From Malacoraja senta (Eukaryota), in NCBI GenBank assembly GCA_038087875.1, contig CM075978.1:134354001-134418000 (forward strand): 64,000 nt of DNA, written 5' to 3'. The notes under the pieces are model-generated. The model had not been told where the DNA came from and did no database searches. It saw only the letters and a list, made by a program, of their open reading frames with translations. The position numbers and the translations under genes were made by a program. This document shows positions 1 through 13,722 of this stretch, in pieces. Numbering within the stretch: the first letter of the stretch is position 1; every line of letters starts with the position of its first letter.

Positions 1-3
1 CAG

Positions 4-198
4 TTTAATAGGTGCATCACCTCACAGCTTATCAAGTGGTTCAGCAATTTCCGAGAATTTTACTACATCCAGATGGAGAAGTTTGCTCGTCAGTCTATTA
101 ACGATGGGACAACAAGCACGGAGGAGCTGACTGTCTCCCGTGACTCTGAACTCTTCAGAGCCTTAAACATGCACTACAACAAAGCAAATGATTTTGAG
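4..198 (+). CDS. PROX1: Prospero-related homeobox gene, penultimate coding exon (homeodomain helix 3 and start of Prospero domain)
   Basis: Acceptor CAG at 1-3 and donor GTACGG at 199. The 195 nt translate to FNRCITSQLIKWFSNFREFYYIQMEKFARQSINDGTTSTEELTVSRDSELFRALNMHYNKANDFE, the vertebrate Prox exon-4 peptide. Family is certain; PROX1 versus another Prox paralogue needs phylogeny and synteny. Confidence 0.93.
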
Positions 199-2604
199 GT
201 ACGGGCTTGTTTGTTTTTATGTGAGCATTCAACAATAAGTGTGAAGACTGATGTTAACATTGTTTGGGCAGCAACCCTAGTTTATCATATTTCATGCAGA
301 AATTTAAATTTTTTAAACTTTGAAAACAATGGAATCTTTGGCCGGCTGTCTGTTTTATTGCTCCCACATTGTGAGCTACTGAAAGTACAAGCTGATGAAA
401 GATTAGTTACAATAATACTGTTGAAAATGATACTGGAAACCTAAGCAACACATCCTAACAATTTGTGCCTGCTAAAATTATGTTGCGATCCCAAGCAAAT
501 GAAATTAAATTCATAGCTCGAGGTCCTAGTGTTGAAAGTTTATGGATCGCTCTTTGTTGTCTGCTAATTTTGTGCTTTGACCTTGGGTGTTCTCAGCAGT
601 TCGTCTTTGATGTCAGTGAAATTTAAATTCCACTGTGTCACCAAACTCTTAGTATGACGCAATCTTCTTTTTAGAGGTCACCCAAACTAAAATATTTAAA
701 CGTGTAGTGACCATGCCTACAATGTGGAAGGAAGTAAAACTAATTTTTAATTATACACCACATGGACCAATATTTTATAACAGATTATACTTTCTTGTTT
801 ATAGCATGTTTACTAAATTATTCAGCAGATTTGTAAAAATTCAGGTACGGATAGGTAATGAAACAGGAATATAGTTGTATTAGTTTCATATCTAATTTTC
901 CAAAGAAAATGCACATTAGGAAGGAAATATAAAGTGTATTGCTGCTAAGGGCTAGGAATGATCTCATTCAACAAACTTATAAAAGAAAATGTAAGGAAGG
1001 GGAATTCAATGGTTTTTTTTTAAATAGGAACAATTCTAAAGAATTGGGTCAATTTAGGAGAAATCTAGAAAACAAGTGACAATGACAGCAATAAGTCAGA
1101 ATAGTGATGGGCAAGTCGGATGTGAAGAGGAAATTGATGATTTGCACCAGTGAATAAAAAGTTGTATTGAGAAAAGGTTAGCATGAATTGAATCTGCCGT
1201 GAACAAAAATGGAATAGGGAGCAAAATAATCACTTGAAGTAACAAAACCTGCTTTAACACCACCCTGTTTTCTAATGAAATTTCTGGCTGTAAATAAAAT
1301 GCTCGTTCATTTTGGTTGAACATATGAAATTGAGACCATGATAGCACAATGGTAAAGTCGTCTTAGACCCATGCTAATGAAAGGGCCTTAAGTAATGCCC
1401 CCTTTTCAATCGTGTGCTTTGTGGATGATTGGGGCAGTTGTGAATTGTGCCATTAAGTAGAGGGGTCAGCTGCTTCGAATCTTGAAGACGGGGGAGCACA
1501 ATCAATAGTCAGAGGGAAGTTATTGGCAAGGGCTGTAGTGTATTCTTGAAAGTTGGAAAGGTTTGAAGTCAATGGGGTGTTTGAGACTGGTATTATGTCA
1601 TCGTCGGTCAGCAGAGTGTTTGGTAAGTGCTGAAGTTCCACAAGCTTGGGAAGTGTTTGGGAATCATTAGATTTTGGAATTATGTGGGAACGTCACAAAT
1701 CAAGTCAAGAATTTAAAGGTGACCTACTGCAATTAGGTTTCCTGCTCTGGCCTGGGCCATGCTAGGGAATGTCTGCCGTGAGCCCCCACAAAAAAACAGG
1801 TGTCACAGACCATTCATACCCTGCTTCTGTATGAGGAGCTTCTGAATCTCATAGACATCACTGAGATGGTATACAGACACACTTTGCATGTCATGGGATA
1901 TCACATTGCCTATCAAAGGTCTTTGGTGTGCAGTCCACGTTAGCCACACAGAGGACCCCAGCATGAAAATGGTGGAATTTACAATCTTGGTGGTAAGTCA
2001 CAGATTTATATTCATGTATTTAAATTTTTTGTAGAAATTGGATTTGACATGGTGTTATGCAATTCAGTTTTGAGGCACTACAATGAACTGTCACTGCCAT
2101 GGTCTATGTCTGGATTGACCATATTGTCGAAATTGCTATTGGGAAAATACATCCAGCATATCAGGGATTCATTATTTTCTAAAGCAGCCAATTTAATCGC
2201 ACTAGGAAAGCATTCGACCCTTAAAGGCACAATTCTGCATGGCTCATGAAGATATCAAACTTGTCCTCTGCAACAGTGGTTGCACAGTCTCAGGTCTTGC
2301 ACAGTCTTGGGTCTTAAGAAGAGGGAGGTAGGAGGGGAAGACAAGGAACTGCAGCTCAGGGGGAGAGGTTGCTGATAGTGGAGTTAAGTACGTAATTGGA
2401 AGAAAGAGAAGTTATGCAGAAAGGGAAATTTAGAGGAGGACATGGTGCATTTGAAACAGAAATGATCTACGAACATCGGACTGGAGGTGCATTTCACCTA
2501 CTGACTCTATAAGGCAATCAGACCAGTGACTGTTAAAGTCACCATAGCATAAAATGTTGTTGGTTCATTAAGCAATAGCAGCACTGGGTCCATGCTATTG
2601 ATGA

Positions 2605-2723
2605 TCCATGGTACACAATTCTCATTCCCACCCCACAACTTGTAAAACATATAATGGAAAGACCTTACTTACCTCATGTATTTTGCAAGTTGTAGGGTGG
2701 GAATCGAGTTTGTATATCATGGA
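2605..2723. repeat. Imperfect inverted repeat with ~48-bp arms (MITE-like hairpin)
   Basis: 2605-2652 TCCATGGTACACAATTCTCATTCCCACCCCACAACTTGTAAAACATAT matches the reverse complement of 2676-2723 at roughly 80%. Confidence 0.7.
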
Positions 2724-2829
2724 CCTGTGATCTGACAGCTTAATATCCAAAGGAGGAAAACTCTAGGTTAAATTCTGATTCGGCAGGGATTTGAAGCATA
2801 TGATGGGGGAAAGATGCAGGGTGATGAAG

Positions 2830-3470
2830 GTCATGGAGAAATGCATGTGTACCAGAGTCAGATGGGGCCCAATGGAAAGAGAGGGTGTGATGGGTTGGGT
2901 GGGGGCTATTGTTTGAAATTGGGGAATTCAATGTTCGTACCTTTGGGTTGTAACCTATCCAGAACAGTACTTTATAATCTATGTGTGCACATCCAAATAT
3001 GCACACACATTTCTTCCACCATCTCCCACTACCCCTGTCACCATGCTCCTTTCCACTCCTCCGTACATACATCTACCATCCCTGAGTCCCATATTTTCCC
3101 TTCATCCCTCACCAGTTTTCCATCCCCCTTGTCCCATTCCACCCACATCCCTGCCTCTGGCTTAACATCTCACACCTCATCTTCTTTCCTTGCCTTGCAC
3201 CTTTTTGGCTACTTTTCACCTCAAGCCTTGGTCACATTCCACCCATCTGCCAATCACCTCCTTCACTTGTATTCACCTATCACTTGGCAAGCTTTGCCAC
3301 ACCCCCACCCCTCTTTTCCAGCTTTTCCCTCCACTACATCAGTCCGAAGAAGGGTCCCGACCTACAACGTCATCTGACTAGTCTCTCCTCACTGCCTGAT
3401 CCACTGACTTCCTCCAGCAGCTTGTCTTGTGCTCGAGATCCCAGAATCTGCAGTTTCTCATGTCTCCTTC
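2830..3470. mobile_element. Degenerate Penelope-like element 3' region with inverted structure
   Basis: The minus strand at ~2923-2961 reads (L)DRLQPKGTNIEF, like the Penelope ORF end. The + strand pyrimidine-rich tract ends in a decayed hammerhead motif (CCGAAGAAGGGTCCCGACCTACAACGTC, 3344-3371) and the family tail. Confidence 0.55.
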
Positions 3471-5169
3471 TTTCTTTACCATCTCTACAAGCAATTGACG
3501 CAGGAAGGAACAAAATATTTGTCTGTAACATTTAATTTTTCAAAGTTAGAAGGGTTGAATGACAGTAATTATGTCAGTAAAAGACAAAAATAATTAATAG
3601 ACAGAAAATAATGCAGAAATATAACTTTAAGATGTTTAAATATTTCAGCCTAAGACAATTTCTGCTGATGAGTGGAGGACCAGTCCAATTGCAGGCCTGA
3701 TTTAGAAGAAAGAGATGTTGAGAAATAGTCATACACTGTTTCCGGTTGTTTGGTTAGATCTGGCCTGCCTGTGTGCTTATTTTGTTTACACCTGCTTTGT
3801 TTAATGTGTGTAGTACAATGCTGTTGTTATGTTATTTGAATAAACTAATTCTAAACTTCCTCATCAAGCTGCTTTGCACTTTGAATCATTTTTATATCTA
3901 GCATCACTATTTATTGCACAGTGATCAATTCATTTGCAGCTCAGCAGGTACAATGCAAGAATTGACTTGCTGCGTTGTTTCACAAGTTCCTACAGAACTT
4001 GGGAGACTAAGGTTGAGATGGTACATTTGCAAAGCCAATGGCAGATGAACAACATTTAATTTTTTGTCTATAAATTAGTATCCGTTCATAAACTGATTTG
4101 CCCATAACTTTCCGTTTTTATGCAGTGAGGGTGCCATTGGCAAAGACAGAAGTTACCACCTATCCTCAATATTAACTACAATATAGATGGTGGGGGATTT
4201 TGCGATGATAATGCTATTGAATGTATCAGCTTATGTTTGAATATTGTTTAGGTGATTCTGCATTTGGATGCTGACTGCTATATTTGCCAAGGAGCTGTGA
4301 ATGGAATTTGGATTAACAAGGATGGTTGATATAAGTGATTCCAAGTGCAAAGCTGCTTGTTGAGGAAGTTTAGAATCCAATTTATTCAAATAACAAGACA
4401 GCTGTATGACACAACATACATTAAACAAAGCAGGTACAATCCAAATGAATACATTACCAGACCAGTCTGAACCAAATGACAGTGGTCGATTTGTATGTCT
4501 TCTGTGACTGCATCTTGACTGCCCTGAATCTTATAACTCAAACTGGCAATTGGAGTTGTCCACCAATGCTCAGCAGAAATAGTCTTGGGCTGAAATACGT
4601 ATCTTTTAGCAATGCAGGACCCTCTTGAACTATCCATTTTCTGTCTTTAATTAGGAATTACTAAATGGGCAAAACTTTGAAATCCACAATAGCTGAATTA
4701 TTTTCACTATACTTGGTTTTACTTTGCATTCTATGTCACATTGTCAAACTTCTTAACACCTCTTGTTAGCAGAATATTCTGAGAATTTCTAAATAAACTC
4801 TCTTAATGCTTCCGACTAGCTCTTTTAAAAAAAATAATCCCTTGATGTGATTTTAATGGCATATAATATATTTGCTTAAACTTCAGATTCTCTGTCGATT
4901 CCCCTCCGTTGAATTCTGGTGGATTTATTTATCCTATTTTTCCAGTAAATAAACTAATACTCTATAGCAGGAGAGGAAATTTGTGTCTTATCTCTTGTGA
5001 GTAATAGAGCTGCTTTCTTCTTAGGCTGAGCTGTTGCTTAAAGATCTCATATTTGTATCTGTTTAAAACCCTGCAGCTCCAAATTTCTGTACTTTGAAAG
5101 CAAATGACTTTTTTTTTACCTATCATCTCTTTAATCTTGCCTATTATTCCTGTTTTGTGATCTGAACTT

Positions 5170-5410
5170 GTATTCCTACTACAAAGGGAAACATTTAAAA
5201 GGGATCTGAGGGGCAACTTTTTCACAGAGTGGGTGATGGTAAAATGGAAAGAGCTGCCAGTAAGAGGCATCTTATGACATTTAAAAGATCTTAATTCAGG
5301 TACATGCATAGGAAAGGGTTCGAGGGATATGGGGTAAACACAGACGAATGGGACGAGCTATTGGCATGAATAATTTGGGCTAATGGTGCCTGTGTTTGTG
5401 CTATATGATT
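5170..5410 (+). mobile_element. CR1 LINE 3' fragment
   Basis: GATCTGAGGGGCAACTTTTTCACAGAG...GAGGGATATGGG tail shared with the other CR1 copies in the window. Confidence 0.7.
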
Positions 5411-5774
5411 CTGATTCTAATGCATTTCGTTATTTACCTGGGAACGTGTTACTGCTGTACCTTTACGCAGTCAACCATTGTCCTAAAAACCCTTAGAGAT
5501 ATTTATCACCTGGTATCTTACCTCACCATTGTAGCTAATATTCTTTTGTCAGCATTACCTGACATTGCATTTTAACCACAAGCATCCCCACGTCTGACCT
5601 TTTATAATGGAAAGTTCATTGATGTAGCTGTAAAGAAAATTGGTGATAGGATATTTCCTGCAGTGATGTCCTGAGTGAGTACCTGCAGTGATGTCCTGAG
5701 TGGGATAACTAAGCTTCCAACATCCACGATCATTTTCCTTTGTGTAATGCATGATTCCAATTATTAGGATAGTA

Positions 5775-6218
5775 ACAGAACCATGTAGCGTGGAAACGGG
5801 CCATTCGGCCCACCTCGATAATGCTGACAAATGGGGACCCATCCTTATTAATCCCACTTTCTAGGACTTGGCCCAGAGGCTTCTAGACCTAGGGAATTCT
5901 AGTGCTCACTAGGGCACTTCTTAAGCCATCAATTCTGCTTCCACCACTCTCTCAGGTAGTATTCCAGGTGCTCACCTCCCTGGGTGAAAAGGTCCATCAC
6001 AGATCAAATCTCTTCCCCCATCCCCTAAATCTGTGCTTATCAAACCCCGATTTGGAAACGTTTTTCTACAGTCTACCCTATCAATATCCTTCATAATTTT
6101 AAAAACCTCAATAATGCAACCTCCTAACTACTTCCTCTGCTCCAGAGAAAACAGACCTAGCCTCAGCAGTCTCTCTTCAGAACTGAAGAACTCCATTCCA
6201 GGCAACATCCTCATGAAT
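5775..6218 (-). mobile_element. CR1 LINE 3' fragment
   Basis: Reverse-strand CR1 ORF2 end (RMLPG...LGLFSLEQR-like) plus the GGCCCGTTTCCACGCT tail. Confidence 0.7.
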
Positions 6219-6787
6219 TGATATTGATATCCATTGACGTTTTTTTCATTGTGGAGTTGTAACGTAACACTCAGATAAAAGTGACCTCGATGTCATGAGC
6301 ACTCTCACCGTGCCTTGTTAATTCAACTGTTTGTTTCATTCTTGGGCCATGATTGTGATGTGGTCTGGAGTTGGCAAGCCCTGACAAAACCAAAAATGAA
6401 TATTAGTGAGCATGTTATTGGTGAGGAAATGCAGCTTATAGTACTACGGACAATACCTTCCATTACTTTCTGGCAAATGAGAAGATACCAGCTAGGTAGA
6501 AATGAACTGGATTGAATTTGTCCGTGTTGTTTTGATGATAGGATAAATCTGGACATTTTTCCATATTGCCATGTTTATTAAAATCTTATAACCAATAGTT
6601 TATTAAAATCTTGTAACCAACAGGATGGAACAGTTTAATTAGAGGTGTGGCTACTTCTGGAGCACAACTTTTCCATCTGCATGCCGTTCTATACCGAAAG
6701 TTTTTGGTTGTACCCATTGCTCTCAGTGATTTTCAATATCATGTGAATTAATTCAAATTGGTTGGAAACTGAAGGAAAAAGGAAGTG

Positions 6788-6995
6788 TAGATGGAGAACA
6801 TGGATAGGTATTGTTTCGGGTCAAGACCCTTCTTCAGACTAACATGGATAGGCAACGTTTTGGGATGTATTCTAACAATTTTTCTTTTGAACTACATTTA
6901 TTTTGTGATTTTTCTTGACCTAAAACATTGCCTCTCCATGTTCTCTTCTTTAGCGATGCTGCCTGCCCTGCTGAATTACTACAGCACCTTTATTT
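6788..6995. mobile_element. Penelope-derived hammerhead-motif repeat, degenerate palindrome
   Basis: GTTTCGGGTCAAGACCCTTCTTCAGACT at 6813-6840 (minus-strand core) and a + arm GATGCTGCCTGCCCTGCTGAATTACTACAGCAC. Confidence 0.65.
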
Positions 6996-8261
6996 AGGAA
7001 CTGACCTCTTCTGTGGTGGGGACTTTGTGTGGAAATAAGACTAAATAGATTATCCATTCAATGCTGTTAGCTGAAAATATTTGCAAATACTTCAGCATTG
7101 TCTTTGGCATAAGCATACCGAGCTCTACCTTTCTAGATGATGGGAATCTTCCTGTAAACTGTTCATTTGTCCCTTATGATGCAGAATGCAGCAGTCCTGC
7201 AGTACTATTCAGGATGGTGGAGTATGATTCAACAGCTGAAGGAAGATGGTAAATGATAATCAGGAGGGGGCATCCTTTTATTCTGGAGTCACTCTGACTG
7301 CTTTAGACCGGAAGTACTCAGCTAGATGAACCTACTTTGCATCTGAACCAAACCAGAAATACTCAGCCTTCAACTTGTACATTTCTTTTGGAGCTAATGT
7401 CAGAAATGCATTGCAACAATTGAAAGTTTTTTCTTTTAAACTACATTTATTTAGTGCTTTTTAAGAATTAGTTACCAAAACAGATAGAGGAGTAAAAGAA
7501 AGTAAAACCAATCTGCAATATTCTTCTGCGTGATTTTTTGTTGTTGCTATAGAACTATATAAAGAAACAACAAGTACATGATTACTGCCTTAACACACAA
7601 ACAATATGTGAATGTCTTTAAATAGATCCTCTTCTCTTTTTAGAGACTATGAACTTAATGTCAGTAACACACATAGTTTCATTTTGTGGCAATATTTTGA
7701 ATATTGAGGCCAGAGGTATTTTTATTCAAATGTAGAGCCCAACATTATGAAAATTACATTCATTCATTACATGAGCCTCGCTGTTGAAATGTCTTGTGTT
7801 ATATTGGCTTTAAAACAATAGGCAAATTGGAGCATAAATTAGCAGTAATCTTGAGGCAGGTCAGCATAGGTTAATGTGAACAGACAGTAGAAGTATGGTT
7901 ACATCTTCTGTGAATTAATCCATGATTTGCTATTGCGTGCCATTTTTGAACTCTTTAGCGTCAACCTGAATGGACAATTTAATCCTGTTTTGTCATCCAC
8001 AAAATTCAAATGAGGCAGGACAGGGAAGGGAAGGTATTTTAGAAAAAGATGGATTAGCACCTTTCAATAAATGATTATGAATATTATACAGGTCTGCTTG
8101 GTTTGGCCTGAGACCTTGTGTGATTCCCAGCAAAATAATGAATGACCCGGTAAATTGACAAGCAGACAATCATTGCCTTCCACTGTAAAGTCCAGACTCA
8201 CAATTAGACTTTAATGCTGCTTGCAGAGAAATGGCAATATTATGCGCCCTGTATATTTAAT

Positions 8262-8568
8262 TCAGCTTCGTTTTGGTTTTGAGATAGAGCAAGGAAGCAG
8301 GCTCTTTGACCTACCGAGTGTACCCTGACCCAAAATCACCCCGTACACTGGTTCTATCCTACACTCTAGGGACAATTTACAGAAATCGATTAACCTACAA
8401 ACCCGGACGTCTTTGGAATGTGGGAGGAAACTGGAGCACCTGGAGAAAACCCACACGGTCATAGGAAGAACATGTAAACTCCGTTCAGACAGCACCTGTA
8501 GTCAGGATCGAACCCGGGTCTCTAACCCTGCAAGGCAGCAACTCTACCACTGCGCAACTGTGCCGCCC
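8262..8568 (-). mobile_element. tRNA-derived SINE (HE1/V-SINE-like)
   Basis: Minus strand has a GGGCGGCACAG head with A/B-box-like GGTAGAG and GGTTCGATCC, a central GGTTTCCTCCCACATTCCAAAGAC V-domain, and a CR1-type tail. Confidence 0.85.
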
Positions 8569-9757
8569 AATATTCTTGTCACAAAGGTTCCAAAGAAGCT
8601 AAAAACCCACAGATACGTATTCTTTTTGTTAATCCACATCACAAATATTCAACCAACATGTCAATTCTTCACCTTGCAGAATCCGATTCATGCTAGTTAA
8701 CATGCGAAAACATTGATGTGTAAAGGATCCTGTTTCTATGTTCAATGTTTGCGTTAAATGGAAGCTAGGCAACTCTGTTCTACAAAACATGATATTGTGC
8801 TAACTTGTTTGCATTTTTTGTTCTTCTGAATGCGGCACCATTATTTGAATATACTCCTGATAAGATGCACAAAACCACTGTTCCAAGCACATGTTAAGCT
8901 GTCACTTCTCAATTTGTTTTTAACTCGGCCTATGCAATGCTCTCGCTGACCTGAAATACACAGCTTTTGCTTTCTAGCCTTGGCTAAATTTAAAGAAGGT
9001 AATTAATTAATTAACTTTGCCCATAAATTGCCCTGAAGAAGCCTCTTGGAATTTCATTTGCCTTCAGTCTCTGGCAGAATAGAAAAATTATGTTAAATGA
9101 ACCTCATTGGAGAGTCTGAAATAAATTGAATTCATACCCTAAGTTAGTTTCCATTCTTTAATTGAGAACTGGTATTACATGGGAGATATCACAATTTTAT
9201 CTATACAGATTTGCAGCTAACTTTCTGAAAGTTCATACTTATCACGTATCAACATACATATTCGTTATTGTTACGTAATCGCATTCAAATATGTATTTGT
9301 TAGGAATACGTTATTCATACGTATCAACAAAGGAACTATGAATCAGCAAATGATAGGCAAACGAGAAACTATCGTGTTTAAAATTCTAAATTATCGATCA
9401 GAGTTGGCAGTGCACATGAGCTGCCAAATTTTAAAAAATTTGCGATTTCTTTTGACCAAGATTTTTATTTCTGTATTTAAACTGACCATTTACAGCTGGG
9501 AATATGATTTGTAACAGTGTTGCACATTTACAAGAAATAAAATCAAGAAAGTTGGGGAGTACTTGGCATCAGGCAGCAACTGTGGAGAAAGAAATGGAGT
9601 TAGCCTGTCAGATCAATGAGCTAAGAATCTAATTGTATCATTAAACATAATCAATTTCTAGTACCTGTATATTATCATGTACTGCATTTGCAGCTTGTGC
9701 AAATGTAGATGTTTTTGATTGTTAGCTGAAGATATTCAAAGTGTCAAGCTATAGTTC

Positions 9758-10914
9758 TGCACTCAGCTGGTTCCGTTCTTACCTTTCCAACCGATCCCAC
9801 TTCATCTCTCTCCATAACCACACCTCTGCCACAGCCACTGTCACTCAAGGCGTTCCCCAAGGCTCCGTTCTTGGTCCCCTCCTCTTCATCATCTACATCC
9901 TCCCCCTTGGTCATATACTCCGTCACTTCAAACTGGACTTCCACTGCTATGCTGATGACACCCAGATCTATCTCAGTACCAAGTCCCCCCACCACCCCCC
10001 TCTCTCCCATATCAACTCCTGCCTATCAGCCATCAAATCTTGGATGCAACTCAACTTCCTTAAATTAAACAGTAGCAAAACAGAATTTCTCCTCATTGGC
10101 TCCAAATCAACACTCACTAAAATCAACAACCCCACTCTCACTATCGACGGCACCACTGTCTCCCCATCTCCTCAGGCACGCAACCTTGGCGTGATCCTTG
10201 ACTCAACCCTCTCCCTTGAGCCTCACATCCGCCATGTTGTCAAAACATCATTTTTTCACCTCCGCAACATTGCAAAAATCAGATCGTCTCTCACACACCC
10301 CGCTGCTGAAAGACTCATCCATGCCTTCATCTCCTCCCGACTGGACTACTGTAACTCTCTTCTTTTCGGAATCAATTCCAGCAGCATCAAACGACTCCAA
10401 CTGGTCCAGAATGCAGCCGCCCGACTCATTACCCACACCAACTCCTGGCACCACATCACCCCAGTTCTCAAAGAACTTCACTGGCTTCCCATTTCCCACC
10501 GGATCACCTACAAAATCCTGGTCCTCACCTACAAAGCCCTCAACAACCTGGCCCCCCCTTATCTCATTGACCTCCTCTCCCCCTACCAACCCTCACGGTC
10601 CCTCAGATCCACATCAGCTGGTCTCCTCTCCACTCCGAATTCAAACCTCTGCACTTTTGGAGGCAGAGCCTTCTCCAGGGCAGCTCCCAGGCTCTGGAAT
10701 TCCCTCCCACAACCGGTCCGAAATTCTGAGTCCCTCACCATCTTCCAGTCCCGCCTCAAGACCCATCTCTTCACCTCTGCATACCCTTAGTCCCATGTTC
10801 CCCTCCCCTCTGTCTTACTGCTCTATTTTGTTTTGTTTATTCCTGACTCTCAATTGTAAAGCGACTTTGAGTCCTGAAAAGCGCTATATAAAATAAATCT
10901 ATTATTATTATTAT
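9758..10914 (+). mobile_element. Young 5'-truncated L2-clade LINE with an open RT/C-terminal reading frame
   Basis: ORF 9741..10790 contains GVPQGSVLGP, YADD, NLGVILD and SRLDYCNSL. The 3' UTR has a stem-loop AGCG...CGCT, AATAAA and an (ATT)n tail. Direct repeat TATAGTTC at 9750-57 and 10915-22. Confidence 0.92.
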
Positions 10915-11859
10915 TATAGTTCATGGTCTGCAGGTTGTTAAAATGCTCTAATGATTGGTAACAAGTTGTTCATTAATCAAAATCCATTAAGTGCAGAACA
11001 CAAATGTAAAATTGTGATGAACAAAAACCTTTCAGGCAAAACTAAATATTTTTGTGTATAAAATATCAGAAGCTACTAAAATGTTAGCCACTGTACCTGA
11101 GGGAACTCTGAAACAAATCAACTGTACAGTATTTTTTTTCTGCAGCATTCCAGATATTTTGGTAATTCTTTTAAGAAAGTAGTCACACTTTGAGTTCCAA
11201 GTATGAATAGAAGCAAGGTGTATAATTATTCAGGTTTGCAGGTATAATCTGGTTGCTATAGAAATTGTATGCCTCTTTTCATAACATATTATGATACCAA
11301 TACCAGCCAACCTTACCAGTCTGGAAATTGAACAATTTCGATCTCATTCCTGCATTCAATAAAATGTTCACATGTTTTTCTCACTGTCTCTTGCTGTCCC
11401 TCCATCCAACATTTACTCACCAACCTTTCGGCCATGAATAAATTTAAATATATTCTTTTAGTTTATTGCGCCTGGGAACATTTCTTAAAACGCATTTCTA
11501 TCTGTTGTCTGTACTGATATGATGAATTCCGGTCCATTGCTTATCTCTTGGTTCTCTATAGTGCAAGATGCAATGTAATATTCCAAGGACCACTGCAGGA
11601 CCATCTTGTTGGTGATCATGGGGAAATGCTGCATTCATGGCTGAAGTCTGGTGTGTTGCTCAGTATCATGGGCAAGGAATGAGAAGGAAGTGAGAATGGT
11701 TGTAGATTAGATGATTTGCATTTTGGTGATAATAGGCTTTGCTTGGATTGGACCATGAACAGTGTGTGATTAGAATAACTCGGGTGGGAGTGGCTTTAGG
11801 TGAGGGGGTGTTTAGAAAGTCGGAGAGGAAAAGATTTTGTAGGATGGCAAAATAGCCAG

Positions 11860-12950
11860 ACTATATTAGGAAGCTGCAGAGAAAAATACTTCTAATCAAA
11901 GGCAAGGTAGAGAAAAATGATTCAAAAGACATAAATGACGGCCTGTGTATAAATTGGGAAATGTAGGGTGCAGGATAAATCAGGAATTTAGAGCTATGTG
12001 CAACAGGATGATCAAGGAGATTTTAACCTGAGTATAAAATGAATAGTTCAAATTAGTTCAAATACTGTCAAGGACAAATTTGTTTATGTGTAAGAGATGG
12101 TATTTTAGATCAGTATGTTGTGGAACCAGCAAGGGTTAGAGCTAGTATTGTGTAATGAGAAATGGTTAGGTGATAGTATGGCGGATAAGAGGCGATTCAA
12201 GAACAAATATGAAAGCATTTTATATAAAGGTTTAAAGCAATTTAGATGTGCATGATACTTCAGATGCTGGTATCTTGAGCAAAAAAAGAAACTGCTGGAA
12301 TTCAGCAGGTCATGCAGCATCTGTCAAGGGAAATGGACAAACTACATTTTGGGTCAGGGCACTTCTTCATACTGATGACTCCAAAGGAAGAAAATTTAAC
12401 TGTTAAACTAACTGAACATTTTGTCTGTCTTCGTGGAAGAAGACAAAGAAAGCCTCCCAGAAAAGAGATCTGCAGAATTAGTGAATAAGGGTCTCCTGAA
12501 AATGAGCATTGGTGAAATTAATGAATTTGAAAGCTGCTAAAATGATGAGCTGTGTCTTAAGGTTCTTTTTGGGAGGTAGCTATGGAGAATTGTGATGAAC
12601 AAGATGTCATGTTTGGAAATTGCATATGTTTCCAAAGATTGGAAGAAGAAAAATTAAGTCAACAGGAGAGAGAAACAAGGAACTACAGATCAATTAGTCT
12701 GATGTTAGCCAGGTAAATGCTGGAGTCTAATTTTAAAGAAGTTCTTAGAAAAAAAGGATGCCTTGGTAAAAAAAATGTTTGGCAAGATTCAATGTGGGTT
12801 TGGGAAAGAGAACACAAATCTGCTAAAGCTTTTTGAGATTGTAACCAATAGTGTAAATAGGGATGCTGCAGCTGATGTGAATATGGACTTTTAGGGTAAG
12901 GGGTAGAAAGAAAACATATTTGATAAAGGGACAACACGTTCTGCTATGTA
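11860..12950 (+). mobile_element. Old CR1 ORF2 fragment, interrupted at ~12255-12375 by a minus-strand Penelope-derived repeat
   Basis: Decayed CR1 motifs (GDFN, LDQYVVEP, GNYRSISL). The insert carries CAGATGCTGG...GCAGCATCTG...TTTTGGGTCAGGGCACTTCTTCATACTGAT. Confidence 0.6.
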
Positions 12951-13422
12951 CAGAACTCCCTGGTCGATACGTTAATGAGAAAAGCTAGAGAGAGAAAAAC
13001 AAACTAAAGGATATTTTAAACATGAGAAATAAGTTTGAATCAACTACCTTTGGTGTTTTTGGGCATGGTGCAATAAATGTTGAGATTGGAAGCAATTGAT
13101 TTTGTTTTTAATCCTTTTCTTCACTTGTTACCTTTACAATCATTCATTTCTTCTGTTATGTTGTGCTTGTGTTCTATTTACTCCATCCCTTCTTATTGCT
13201 TATTACATGTTATTGCCAATAATTATCTCCATTTCTTCCATCTGTGGTACTCTCAACATATCTCAGGTTTGCTGTTTCCAGCATTTTTTGTTGTTTTAAA
13301 AACTTTTATTACAGATTTCCAACATCCACATTTTGTTCAGGATATTTCTAGATTGGAGCCTAATTTTACATTTTATAAGATCACAAGATCGCCTGGAAAA
13401 TTACAGTAATTCAAAGAATGAC

Positions 13423-13490
13423 ATTTAACTGGAATTACAGTTTGATCATTAGGTTTATTTAACTGGAATTACAGTTTGATCATTAGGTTT
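13423..13490. repeat. Perfect 34-bp tandem duplication
   Basis: ATTTAACTGGAATTACAGTTTGATCATTAGGTTT occurs twice in tandem. Confidence 0.95.
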
Positions 13491-13513
13491 TATTGTCATT
13501 TTTAGTAATGATG

Positions 13514-13722
13514 TCATACAGAATGAAACGGGCACATTGGTCCAACTGGTCCATGCCATCCAACATGCCCCATCTAAATTAGTCCCATTTACCAGTGTTT
13601 GTCCCATCTCTCTCGAAACAATTCCTATCCATGTTCCTGCCCAATTGTCTTTTAAAAGCTGTTATGGTATCACCTAAGCTGCCTCCTCTGGCAGCTTGTT
13701 CCATATACCCACCACACTCTGA
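13514..13722 (-). mobile_element. CR1 LINE 3' tail
   Basis: The reverse strand reads VVGIWNKLPEE followed by the CR1 3' UTR. Confidence 0.75.

Noticed and set aside
199-444. C-terminal part of ORF 73..444
   Set aside because: Read-through past the GT donor at 199; Prox similarity stops at NDFE.
5657-5703. Short direct repeats (also ~6574-6620, 13423-13490, ~58397-58438) as a CRISPR-like array
   Set aside because: Two-copy slippage duplications with no spacer array, in a vertebrate intron.
8490-8568. tRNA gene
   Set aside because: tRNA-like head of a SINE present four times in the window; no intact cloverleaf is evident.
9741-10896. 349-aa ORF as a host gene, and overlapping ORFs
   Set aside because: 5'-truncated L2 RT. 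The start codon lies in flanking DNA, and the overlapping frames reflect C-rich composition.
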